Assembly (NCBI GenBank): GCA_965213685.1
Contig: CBDBZY010000036.1
Span: 32,001 to 96,000, forward strand
Source: a bacterium
GTDB taxonomy: Bacteria > UBA8248
DNA length: 64,000 nucleotides
Reading direction: 5' to 3'
Part shown: positions 39,365-48,586 of the stretch, one piece after another
Layout of the letters: every line of letters starts with the position of its first letter
How positions within the stretch are numbered: position 1 is the first letter of the stretch
Made by a program: the position numbers and the translations under genes
Notes under the pieces: model-generated
Told to the model about the DNA's origin: nothing
Seen by the model: the letters and a program-made list of their open reading frames with translations, nothing else
The model's database searches: none

Positions 39365-40125
39365 CTCCTTTCTCCGGCGCCGGACTTGCGGGCGCAGATT
39401 CGGACGGAGACCACCGGGTGAAATGGCGCAGGGTCAGAAATGTCCCATTCCCGAAACCCGACGCGCGCCAGAAGAGATTCCCATTCCTCTCGCTCGCAGA
39501 CGCCGCCGAGCGAGGCGTTCCACGCTTGGGGGTCCTGGGCGATTTCATCCGGCAGTTCGCCCTCCCGCATCAATTCCCGTATCACGAGACGGCCATGCGG
39601 CTTCAATATCCGATGCGCCTCTCCCATCGCCTTCTTCTTGTCCGCAACGAGGTTGAACGAAGCGTTGGCCAGGACGATGTCGGCAATACCGCTTCGCATG
39701 GGTATGTTCTCCATGTCGCCCGCCAGAAAATGCACGCGCGCCCCCCGCACATCGGCCGCGCACGCCCTGCGCGCCCGTTGAAGCATCCGCATGGCGAAAT
39801 CCACCGCGAACAATCTCGCCCCCGCGTCCAGCCTCTCATCCATCAGACGCGCGTCCAGGCCCGCACCGCATCCCAGCTCGACGGCGGTCCGCACGCCCGC
39901 CAGGTCCACCCCGTCCAGCAAATACCCACAACCGCAATACGAGGATGAGATGCGATCCGGCAGGTTCTCCATGAACCAGGGGGGATAGCCCGCTTCCCGC
40001 GCCCTGGCCGCACCCCCTGCGGGAAACGCATCCGCCGAGGCCAGGTGGTCGTAGCGGTCCCTGACAAACGCCTTCACCTGCTTCTCCCACCCCTCGGGCT
40101 TTTTTCCGTGCACATAGACGGGCAT
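39361..40125 (-). CDS. ArsM-like class I SAM-dependent methyltransferase
   Basis: YCGCG, ELGCGAGLD, GDMENIP, NLVADKKKAMGEAHRILKPHGRL. Confidence 0.85.
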   Translation of the reverse strand: MPVYVHGKKPEGWEKQVKAFVRDRYDHLASADAFPAGGAARAREAGYPPWFMENLPDRISSSYCGCGYLLDGVDLAGVRTAVELGCGAGLDARLMDERLDAGARLFAVDFAMRMLQRARRACAADVRGARVHFLAGDMENIPMRSGIADIVLANASFNLVADKKKAMGEAHRILKPHGRLVIRELMREGELPDEIAQDPQAWNASLGGVCEREEWESLLARVGFREWDISDPAPFHPVVSVRICARKSGAGERS

Positions 40126-40138
40126 GGGAGAGGGGCGT

Positions 40139-40891
40139 TTAGTGGGGCATGTGGGCCGGGTTCCAGAATTCTCCGGTCCGCACCATCTTGGCGATGCGCT
40201 CGCCGTGCGGGAGCCAGCCGTTCTCGTTTTTCCGGGCCTGCGCTTCGCAGTCGTATTCCACGCGCTTGATTTCCACGCGCCATTCGCCTTCGCCCTCATA
40301 TTCCACGACCGAATAGACGGGGCGAGAATCGCCGTCCCAGTTCATGCCCACGGCGGCGGTGCAAACCAGGGTCTGCCCGTCCACTTCCCGGACATAGGGG
40401 CCGTGCACGTGGCCAAAAGCCATGATCTCCGCATCCGTTCCCCTGATTTTCTCCTTGACCTCCTCATCTGCGTATCGCAGGGGAATCGCGTCTTCTATGT
40501 CGTCCGGCGTGGCGTGGAAGATGAAGAAATCATGCCCCTTCTCGGGCGTGATCGTCATCGACCACATCAAATTGTCGAGATATTCGATTTGCTCGGGAGA
40601 GAGGCGCTCGCGGGTCATTTTCACCATCTCGTATAGCCATACGTGGTGTTCGTTTTTCGGAGGGTCTTTCTCGTCTTTCCGCTTCGACACCCACCAGTCG
40701 AGATTCCCGGCAAGCACGTCTACGTCCTTGCGCCCCATAAACCGATCCACCACCTCGGCGGGCTCCGGGCCCAGCATGACGAGATCGCCAACGACAATCT
40801 CGCGGTCCGCATTTTCCCGCGCCACGGCCTCCTGCACGGCGTCGAGGGGCGCAAGCTGGGCGTGAATGTCAGAATACAAAACGATCTTCAA
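40139..40891 (-). CDS. Metallophosphoesterase family protein
   Basis: SDIH, GDLV, GNLD, FHA, FGHVH. Confidence 0.88.
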   Translation of the reverse strand: MKIVLYSDIHAQLAPLDAVQEAVARENADREIVVGDLVMLGPEPAEVVDRFMGRKDVDVLAGNLDWWVSKRKDEKDPPKNEHHVWLYEMVKMTRERLSPEQIEYLDNLMWSMTITPEKGHDFFIFHATPDDIEDAIPLRYADEEVKEKIRGTDAEIMAFGHVHGPYVREVDGQTLVCTAAVGMNWDGDSRPVYSVVEYEGEGEWRVEIKRVEYDCEAQARKNENGWLPHGERIAKMVRTGEFWNPAHMPH

Positions 40892-41045
40892 CGTCAACGC
40901 ACTCCCTGTTCGGGAAAAGGAGCGGGGCCGCCGGACGCCTGAAGCGCGGCGGCCCCACATCTCACGGCGAGGCGAAAAACAGAGCGCCTTCCCCGGAATT
41001 CCTTTTGCTACGAGGCGCGGATGCGCGCGGAGAGGCCGCGCGGGC

Positions 41046-41192
41046 TCAGAAGCCCCACTTTCTCATCGAGCGCGAGAGCTGGCGATGCGCGATGCGACGC
41101 ATCCGGTTCCGCGCGAAGCCGGCGGCGCCTCCGCGTGAAACGCTCCTGAACAGCGCGAGAACAGACAGCACCTTGTAGAATGTCCGTAGCAT
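41046..41192 (-). CDS. Small basic protein, 48 aa (below ORF-track cutoff)
   Basis: GGAGGCGGAGTG directly before the ATG; MLRTFYKVLSVLALFRSVSRGGAAGFARNRMRRIAHRQLSRSMRKWGF. Confidence 0.55.
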   Translation of the reverse strand: MLRTFYKVLSVLALFRSVSRGGAAGFARNRMRRIAHRQLSRSMRKWGF

Positions 41193-41303
41193 CACTCCGC
41201 CTCCCCCATGCTCTTACAACACACCCATTACCATTTTTTAAACCCATTCCCGGCCTTCCCGGGGGCGCGCCGGCCTCCCGGCGTCCGTCGGCTCCTGGAA
41301 CAT

Positions 41304-42317
41304 CTAATTCTTTCCGACCCTTGCCAGCGCAGCCTTGGTGACGCTGGTGTCGACGATGGTTTCATACGACGGAACATTGCCCTTGATTTTTCCCAGGCGC
41401 CTCATGTAGTTCGCGGTGAAGGAAACCGAATCCTTGGGGATGCCGTTGTTCACGCCCCAGATTTTCTCCTGCACGAAGATGTCGTAGGTTTTCGACATCA
41501 CCTCCGGGTTTTTCCTGTACACGGGACGCACCCATTTGGTCGCCGACTTGAGGTATCCCGCCTTGTCCTTGTAGATGGAGCGCGTGGACTGCATTACCGC
41601 CATCGCGAAGCGCACATAGGCGTCCTTGTTCGCCTGAATCTTGGACGACGGCGCGATGAATGCCCCATAGAAGAAGTTCGGCATGGCCTTCCAAAGGTCC
41701 ATCAGCTTGTTGAAGTCGGGCTTTCTCTTCTTCACGACGAGAACCTGCTCGACGTGGATGACCACGGCGTCGGCTTTTCCCTTGAGGAGAAAGGGAACGC
41801 GCGCCGGCGGCGGGGTCTTGATATATTTGACATCCTTGTCGCCCAGGCCCGCCGTTGCGAGCACGGCAAGGGCGCCGAGATGGCTGTATCCGCCGCGCCC
41901 CTCGATGCCGATGGTGTGCCCCTTCAGGTCGGAGGGACGCTTGATCTTGTCGTTCGCGGCCATTTGCGCTTCGTTCAAGAAGGCCATGGAGTGGAAAAAC
42001 TTCATGCCGCTGCCTTTGGTGATGCCCACCATGGCGATGGGCGCCGGCACCCAGGCGGCGTCCAGCCCGCTCAGTTTGCTCGTGATCGCGCGGTGGGTGG
42101 CAACGCCGCCGCGGAAGAATTTTATCTCGACGGCCAGCCCGTGCTTTTCAAAAATTTTGTTGTCCAGCGCATAGAAAACAGGCAGATGCACCATGACCGG
42201 AGGCCGCACGGGCATGCCCAGCACGATCCTGTCGGCAGCCACGGACAGGGCCGGCGCGGTCCATGCCATTCCGGCGAGAAGAAGCAGCGCGCTGAATCCC
42301 ACAAGCATCCTTTTCAT
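41304..42317 (-). CDS. NitT/TauT-family ABC transporter substrate-binding protein
   Basis: Signal peptide, FEKHGLAVEI, DLKGHTIG; operon context. Confidence 0.88.
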   Translation of the reverse strand: MKRMLVGFSALLLLAGMAWTAPALSVAADRIVLGMPVRPPVMVHLPVFYALDNKIFEKHGLAVEIKFFRGGVATHRAITSKLSGLDAAWVPAPIAMVGITKGSGMKFFHSMAFLNEAQMAANDKIKRPSDLKGHTIGIEGRGGYSHLGALAVLATAGLGDKDVKYIKTPPPARVPFLLKGKADAVVIHVEQVLVVKKRKPDFNKLMDLWKAMPNFFYGAFIAPSSKIQANKDAYVRFAMAVMQSTRSIYKDKAGYLKSATKWVRPVYRKNPEVMSKTYDIFVQEKIWGVNNGIPKDSVSFTANYMRRLGKIKGNVPSYETIVDTSVTKAALARVGKN

Positions 42318-42437
42318 CGTCCTCTCCTTACATGAATGGAAAAATCATTCCTCCGCCTTCTCATCATTTTTCCCGCATTTGCGGATACGCCCGCCATTTT
42401 TTCGCCATGCCCCGCGTCAGCCCGCGCGCGTATGCGG

Positions 42438-43262
42438 TCATTCGCTTTGCCGCACCCTCCAGGATGAAAACCTCGTTTCGCAGATGGACACTATTTTCGT
42501 CAAGGCTATCCCAACCACCATCAACAAGACAACGGGCGCCAGCCCCTTGTCCAACTCCAGGTCGCCGATATAGTCCTGGCTCAGCGCCCCCAGCCCGGAG
42601 ATGCTCATCAAGAACTCCGCGACGACCATTCCGACGAGGGCGCGCCCGCACGCTAGCCCCAGTCCCGCGACGAGATAGGGAACGACGCTCGGGAAAATCA
42701 AATCCCGCCACCGCTGGCTCTCCGTGGAGCAAAAAGAGCGCGTCACCTCGAGCAGCGACGCATCTATGTTTCGCACGCCGTGATACACGTTCACGATGAT
42801 CGGCATGATGGCGAAGAAAATGACGATGGTCGTCTTGCCGACAAAATCGACTCCGAGCACCATCGCAATCGGAAATGCGAGCGCCACGACAGGCGTGGCG
42901 TACAGGGCGAACACATAGGTGTCCACCGCGTATTCAAACGTCCGGAAGCGGCCCATGAGAATTCCCAGGACGATGCCGAGCGGAATGGCGATGAGCAGCC
43001 CGGTCACCAGAATCTGCGAACTCTCATATGCGGCGGCCAGCATCTGGCCGTTGACGATCAAATGCCAAAACGCGACGGCTATGGCGCTCGGGTAGCTGAA
43101 CGTGACGGGGTCGATATTCCCGGTTTGCCCCATCAGCTCCCACCCGCCGATGACGACCACCAGGGATATCAGGCGCACATACACGGCGGGCTCGCGGACG
43201 CGCTCCCCCCATGTCTTCTCATCTGTTGATGCGCCTACTGCCGCTGGGGCGTCGGTAGCCAA
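42438..43262 (-). CDS. NitT/TauT-family ABC transporter permease
   Basis: YPSAI, six TM segments, FPSVVPY, VVAEF. Confidence 0.9.
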   Translation of the reverse strand: MATDAPAAVGASTDEKTWGERVREPAVYVRLISLVVVIGGWELMGQTGNIDPVTFSYPSAIAVAFWHLIVNGQMLAAAYESSQILVTGLLIAIPLGIVLGILMGRFRTFEYAVDTYVFALYATPVVALAFPIAMVLGVDFVGKTTIVIFFAIMPIIVNVYHGVRNIDASLLEVTRSFCSTESQRWRDLIFPSVVPYLVAGLGLACGRALVGMVVAEFLMSISGLGALSQDYIGDLELDKGLAPVVLLMVVGIALTKIVSICETRFSSWRVRQSE

Positions 43263-43278
43263 GGGCGGGCGCCTCCTC

Positions 43279-44088
43279 CTATCTGGCGAGCAATGCGGGG
43301 GCGGGTTCCGGCTCTCTTTCCGGGTTGCGCATCGCCTCCCAAAGGTAATGGCGCAGCTCCTGGAACCGCTTGCTGCCCCGGATATCCTCGAGGTCCCTGC
43401 CGCGGCCGAATCCGGTGTCGAATTGAAAACGTATTCTTCCCGGGCGCGGGGTCATCACCAAAACGCGATCCCCGAGCAACAGCGCCTCGTCAATGCTGTG
43501 GGTGATGAAAATCATCGCCTTCGGCTCCACCTCGTTGATGCGCAGCAGCTCCTCTTGCAGCGTTTCCCGGGTGAGCGCATCCAGTGCGCCGAACGGCTCG
43601 TCCATCAACAAAACGTCGGGTTGCGCGGCCAGGGCGCGGGCGAGGCCCGCCCTTTGCTGCATCCCGCCGGATAGTTGGGCCGGGTAGTTGCCCTCGAATC
43701 CTCCCAATCCCACCAGTTCCGTGTAATGGCCCACCAGCCTGTTGATCTCGTCCTTGTCCTTCCCCTGTATGCGCAAGGCGTAGCCGATGTTTTGATCCAG
43801 GCGCTTCCAGGGGAAAAGACCGAAGTTCTGAAACACCATGGCCATCTCGGGCCTGGGACCGTTCACGGCTTCTCCCTTGAAGGAAATTTCTCCCCGCTCG
43901 CAAAGGATGAGTCCGTTCACGATGCGCAGAAGCGTCGTCTTTCCGCACCCGCTGGGACCCAGAACCGTCAGGATTTCCTGTGTCCTCACCTCGATGTTGA
44001 TTCCGTCCAGCACCTGGAGGGGGCCGAACCATTTCTCGACCCCCTCCAGCCGCAGCGTCGGATTTGCATGGGTATCGGGTAGCGACAT
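43279..44088 (-). CDS. NitT/TauT-family ABC transporter ATP-binding protein
   Basis: GPSGCGKTT, LSGGMQQR, LMDEPFGALD, ITHSIDEA. Confidence 0.95.
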   Translation of the reverse strand: MSLPDTHANPTLRLEGVEKWFGPLQVLDGINIEVRTQEILTVLGPSGCGKTTLLRIVNGLILCERGEISFKGEAVNGPRPEMAMVFQNFGLFPWKRLDQNIGYALRIQGKDKDEINRLVGHYTELVGLGGFEGNYPAQLSGGMQQRAGLARALAAQPDVLLMDEPFGALDALTRETLQEELLRINEVEPKAMIFITHSIDEALLLGDRVLVMTPRPGRIRFQFDTGFGRGRDLEDIRGSKRFQELRHYLWEAMRNPEREPEPAPALLAR

Positions 44089-44323
44089 GTGTGCGAAAAT
44101 TCCTGTTGAGAAAAGCGCTCTGACGGATTCCGCTCAGATGGAACTATGCTCGGGCGCATATGTTTCGGCCAGAGACGGGCCAGCAATATCATCATCCACC
44201 AAACAACTATCCAAACAACGCTTGTTGCGTCGTCAGAGCGCCTGTCGATGAATGGGGAATCCTATCATCCTTTGAGAGGGGGGGCAAACGTGCGGGTTTC
44301 CCCTCCCTCCTCCCCTCCCCTCG

Positions 44324-44716
44324 CTACTCCTCGCCGACGACGGCTATCGCCTGTATTTCGACCATCATTTCCGGCTTGGCGAAACCCGCCACCGTAATCA
44401 GGGCACTGCACGGATATCCGTCCGGAAAATACGCCTTTCGCAACTCGACGAACCGATCCCCGCACCTGACGTCCAGAACAAACACCGTCATCGTGACAAT
44501 ATCCTGGAGCCTTCCGCCGGCCCCCTCCAGAGTCCGCCCGATCTGGCGAAACGAGGCGTGGACCTGCGCGTCAAAATCGCCCGCCAGCACCCTCCCCTCC
44601 TCGTCTCGCCACACGCCCACTCCGGCCAGCCATATGTGCTCGCCTCCCCTTGTTTTCACGGCGGGCGAGAACGAGCGCTCCTCCTGCCATGTGCCGGGAA
44701 AATACTCGCGTGTCAT
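44324..44716 (-). CDS. RidA family protein
   Basis: FSPAV, LEGAGG...DIV, YPCSALI, MVEIQAIA. Confidence 0.88.
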   Translation of the reverse strand: MTREYFPGTWQEERSFSPAVKTRGGEHIWLAGVGVWRDEEGRVLAGDFDAQVHASFRQIGRTLEGAGGRLQDIVTMTVFVLDVRCGDRFVELRKAYFPDGYPCSALITVAGFAKPEMMVEIQAIAVVGEE

Positions 44717-45939
44717 TTTGCCCCTCCTGGAATGATCGCGCTTTGCGTTTTTCCGCTCAATTTCATGGACGCTGCCACAGCCAGCCAACTCATCGTCGCA
44801 AAGCAAAGGTAGCTCGCATCCAAACCCATGCGCTCGGCGATCCATCCGCCGAACAACGGGGCGATAAAGCTGAAGCCATGACAGGCGTACACAAAACCGA
44901 CGGACGAGGCCAGAATGTCTTCTTCCGAAAAATCGGCCGTTGCGGTGAGAATGATCGGGCTTACAAACCCTACAGCACCAGCGAGGGCCGAGAGGATGAT
45001 CAGGCCTGTCTGCCACTCGATGAAGGGCATGGCGAAAGCGATGCCTCCCAACAACAGCAAAGGCCAGAACAGGGCGGAGCGGGCACCCGAGCGGTTATAC
45101 AAAACTCCCATCAAAGGCTTGCACAATATGCCGAACCCGAAATGAAGCGATATGGCGACCCCGATTTGCGCGGTGCTCATTCCCAGTTTCGATGTCGCCA
45201 ACAGAGGCAGGAAGCCTATCATCCCCTTGGCGCACATGCTTCTGAGCATATACGTCATTGCGAGCCACACCGTATGCCTGTTCTCCACAACCCGCCGGAC
45301 GATGGCCAGAACTCCCAAATCCGCGGGTTTTCCCGTTTGCTCTCCGGCTTTGTGCCTTCCCTCATCAAAGCGAACGCCCACCAAGGGCATCAGGAGCATG
45401 GCGGGTGCCGCGCAAACGGCAAGTGCGGCGCGCCAGCCATACACGGCGGCCGCCGCCGCTTGCGCCAGCGGGATGACGCTAGTCCCCACATTGCCGCCCA
45501 GGCTATGCCATGAAATGGCGAATGCGCGATCGTGCGGAAAACGCGCTGCCGTCAATGCCGTTCCGCATGGATGGTAGACCGAGTTTCCCGCTCCTGCGAG
45601 AAACGCCAGGACGCTTAACGTCCCAAAACGACTTGCCCAGAGCATGGCGATGAAAGACGCGGCGGAAACGCACATCCCCGCCAACAGCATGCGCTTTCTG
45701 CTGCCGGTATTGTCCGCCAGAATCGACAGGGGATACTGAAAGACCATAGCGCCCAAGGTAAAGCAACTGAGCAAAGCGCCCGCTTCAAAGGGGGAGAGTT
45801 TCAGGTCTGCGATGATGAGCGCCAGAACCGGCACCAGCATGTTGCTGAACCCGTCGCTCAACCCGTGGGCCATGCCGAGCAAACTTAAGTCGAAATAATC
45901 CCGAAGTCCCCATATCGGCTTTTGTTCGGGCGGAGTCAT
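44713..45939 (-). CDS. MFS transporter (FSR-like)
   Basis: HGLSD, VYHP, GGNVG; about 12 TM segments. Confidence 0.9.
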   Translation of the reverse strand: MTPPEQKPIWGLRDYFDLSLLGMAHGLSDGFSNMLVPVLALIIADLKLSPFEAGALLSCFTLGAMVFQYPLSILADNTGSRKRMLLAGMCVSAASFIAMLWASRFGTLSVLAFLAGAGNSVYHPCGTALTAARFPHDRAFAISWHSLGGNVGTSVIPLAQAAAAAVYGWRAALAVCAAPAMLLMPLVGVRFDEGRHKAGEQTGKPADLGVLAIVRRVVENRHTVWLAMTYMLRSMCAKGMIGFLPLLATSKLGMSTAQIGVAISLHFGFGILCKPLMGVLYNRSGARSALFWPLLLLGGIAFAMPFIEWQTGLIILSALAGAVGFVSPIILTATADFSEEDILASSVGFVYACHGFSFIAPLFGGWIAERMGLDASYLCFATMSWLAVAASMKLSGKTQSAIIPGGAK

Positions 45940-46931
45940 GGAGGGGAAGGCATATCCCGCCAGGCGGGAATGACGCCCCCGCCATCGGCCGACATGACCG
46001 CCCGGCAGATGGCGCGGCTCACAGTCGCCACGGCGGACGCCCCGACAACGTCAAGGGGCGCGTCATGCTCCCCCTGGGAGAGGGCGAAAACCATGTCGCC
46101 ATCGACCGTCGTGTAGGAGGGACGAACGGAGCGGATGAGTCCATTGGCCGCCAGCTGGGCCAGTTTGTGCGTCTCCGGCTTCGTCAGCCTGGCGTCCGTC
46201 GCCACAACCACCAGGGTCGTGTTCTCCGAAGTGTTGGAGAAGCCCTCGAACGGCCTTCCCTGGGTGCGCAGATGCTCTTCGGTATCGACGAGGCCGCGCC
46301 CGGGCGGCATCGCCCGCGCCCCGGCGACGGGGCTCCCCGTGTCCGGGTCATACACGCCGCCGAAGGCGTTCACGGCGGCCACCGCGCCGACGACGCCCCC
46401 CTGGGGCAGTCTCATGCTCGCCGTCCCCACCCCCCCCTTCATGGCGCGCTCCATCCCCAGGAGCTTTCCGACGGTGGCGCCCGCCCCCGCCCCCACGCTC
46501 CCCTGGGGACCCTCGGCGTTCGAGGCCGCCTCACACGCCGCGCGACCCATCCGGGCGTCCGGACGCACCCGGCCGTCCCCGAAATGCAAATCGAACAGGA
46601 CGCCGGCGGCCACTGTGGGAACGTTGAAGCGTCCTGTGGGAAAGCCCCTGCCCTGCTCCTCGAGGAAGGACATGACCCCATCGGCCGCAGCGAGGCCGAA
46701 CGCGCTGCCCCCCGTCAGGAGAATCGCATCCACGCTGCCGACGAGGTGTTCCGAGCGCAGGGCGTCCATGCCGCGCGAGGCCGTCGCCGTGCCACGCAGC
46801 TCGCAGGCGCCGACGGTTCCGGGCGGGCACAGGACTACGGAGACGCCCGTCCTGGCTTCCTCGTCATGCGCGTGCCCCAGGTAAAAGCCCGGGACGTCGG
46901 TCAGGCAACCCGTGATGTCGGCGAGATTCAG
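45936..46931 (-). CDS. P1/S58 (DmpA-like) peptidase, probable CTG start
   Basis: LTDVPGFYLGH...TGVSV N-terminus lies upstream of the first ATG; GGSAFGL, GAGAGATVGK, KGGVG, NTT, DGD. Confidence 0.88.
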   Translation of the reverse strand: MNLADITGCLTDVPGFYLGHAHDEEARTGVSVVLCPPGTVGACELRGTATASRGMDALRSEHLVGSVDAILLTGGSAFGLAAADGVMSFLEEQGRGFPTGRFNVPTVAAGVLFDLHFGDGRVRPDARMGRAACEAASNAEGPQGSVGAGAGATVGKLLGMERAMKGGVGTASMRLPQGGVVGAVAAVNAFGGVYDPDTGSPVAGARAMPPGRGLVDTEEHLRTQGRPFEGFSNTSENTTLVVVATDARLTKPETHKLAQLAANGLIRSVRPSYTTVDGDMVFALSQGEHDAPLDVVGASAVATVSRAICRAVMSADGGGVIPAWRDMPSPP

Positions 46932-46975
46932 GTGAATGGCTCCTCGTTTCCGCGCACTGGCAAAGCCGCCATTTT

Positions 46976-47635
46976 TTACTCCGCGACGGGCAACTCGCCG
47001 GGTGCGCGGCCAGGCAATTCGCCTGTTTCCAGAATGCTGTCAATGACATGTCGGTATTGCTCCGTCGGCACCGCGCCGACGAGAACCGCCCTGTCATTCA
47101 CGACGACGGAGGGGATGCCCGTGATGCCCAGGTTCGTGGCTTCGAGGTGCTCCTTGACGGCCTTTTGGCGCAATCCTCCACTTTCGAGGTCGTCCCGGAA
47201 CCTGTCCATGTCCAAGCCGCTTTTCTCCGCCACGTCATACACGACCTTTTTGTCCGATATGTTCCGGTTTTCCGTGAAGAAGGCGGACAGAAGGGCGTCA
47301 TGGAACGCTTCCCACGCCTCCTGCCCCTGAAGCCTGGCGGCCAGCCCGGCCTCTGCGGACGGCATGGAGCAGTTCGGGAACTCCTCCCCGTTCGCATCCC
47401 ACATCGCGAACGTCCCGGAATCCGGCTGGGAGTTCGCGTTCGTCCAGTGATTCCTGCGGTAGTCGTTGAACACCGCAGATGGGTCCGGCTCGGGCCGCAG
47501 CATGAAAACCCTGTAGTGAACGTCTACTTTTTCTCCGTACTCTTCCTTGATCTTCTTCAGGCGCACGGCCGAATTGAAGCACCAGGGTCACAAAAAATCG
47601 CTATACACCGTAAATCGCACACGCTCGCTGTCCAT
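46976..47635 (-). CDS. FrnE/DsbA-family thioredoxin-fold selenoprotein (UGA=Sec at 47588-47590, UPWC motif)
   Basis: The ATG at 47635 reads MDSERVRFTVYSDFL-TGA-PWCFNSAVRL, in frame with ORF 46976..47566; GITGIPS cis-Pro loop, GAVP. Confidence 0.88.
47555..47579 (-). promoter_or_regulatory. Putative bacterial SECIS hairpin
   Basis: CTTCA-(ATTC bulge)-GGC-CGTGC-GCC-TGAAG; loop starts 21 nt after the UGA, with G at loop position 2. Confidence 0.55.
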
Positions 47636-47698
47636 TATCGCATCCCTCTTCTCATTTCATCGGGGCGGCGGTTCCTCCAGAGATGATACACGGGGAAA

Positions 47699-48586
47699 TC
47701 ACGTTTTCGCACCCGCCATGCGCACCCGCACCTTTTCTCCGAGCCCGGCCTGGAGCAACCGGGCGGCGCTTCCCTCGGGCACGAAAACCTCCAGTCGCTT
47801 CCAGCTGTTGAATTGCGCGCCCAGCGCGCCCGCCTCGACCGCCTGATAGTACGGGCTCACCCCGTCGATGACGTGACCGCCGATTTCAATGACCGGAGAA
47901 TGCGCGGAATCGTCCTCCGTGTATTCAAAACGCCAAAAAACCGTCGTGTCGATGTTTGTCACCAGGTTTCCGTAGTGATCGACATAGATCACCTCGCCGG
48001 AGATCGCGTCGTCCTCCTCGAAGCGGACGCGCGGGGAGACGAACCGGACCGGGTCGGTGATGACGCGCCCGAATTCTTGCGGGGGAACTCCGCAAGACAG
48101 GTGGGCGGCGACCGGCGCGAAAACATCCCTGCCATGAAAGGTGGAACTCACCTCGTCCAGAAAAAAGGCGTCCTCCTCAATCTCTCTTGTCCACATGTGG
48201 AGCGGGTCGTCAAACACCGCGGAAAACACGCCGTTGTCCGGCCCCACAAAATAGTAGTTCTGCGTAGCGGTGATCACTCCCCTGCGCCCGCTCCCCACGC
48301 CAGGGTCCACAACGGCCACATGGATAGTCCCGCGCGGAAAATAGGGCGCCGAGGAGCCGAGAATCAGCGATGCGCCCCTGACGTCATACGGCCGGATGGA
48401 GTGCGTGACGTCCACGATACGGGCCGCCGGGTTCGTCGCCAGGATGACGCCCTTCATCACTCCCGTATAGTGCTCGTCGGCCCCGAAATCGGTCAGGAGC
48501 GTGATGAGCGGCCGCGCGCCGCTGTCCTCTCCATAATCAGGGGCGTTTTCCTCAAAAGGCCCCGGTTGCGATTGCTCGTCCGTCAT
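47699..48586 (-). CDS. SAM hydroxide adenosyltransferase (DUF62 SAM hydrolase)
   Basis: LLTDFG, VVDPGVGSGRR, STFHGRDVFAP, DHYGNLVTN. Confidence 0.9.
   Translation of the reverse strand: MTDEQSQPGPFEENAPDYGEDSGARPLITLLTDFGADEHYTGVMKGVILATNPAARIVDVTHSIRPYDVRGASLILGSSAPYFPRGTIHVAVVDPGVGSGRRGVITATQNYYFVGPDNGVFSAVFDDPLHMWTREIEEDAFFLDEVSSTFHGRDVFAPVAAHLSCGVPPQEFGRVITDPVRFVSPRVRFEEDDAISGEVIYVDHYGNLVTNIDTTVFWRFEYTEDDSAHSPVIEIGGHVIDGVSPYYQAVEAGALGAQFNSWKRLEVFVPEGSAARLLQAGLGEKVRVRMAGAKT

Noticed and set aside
47699-48586. SAM-dependent fluorinase/chlorinase
   Set aside because: Has TFHGRD and the Asp-Arg-His signature of DUF62 hydrolases, not the halogenase TFY motif
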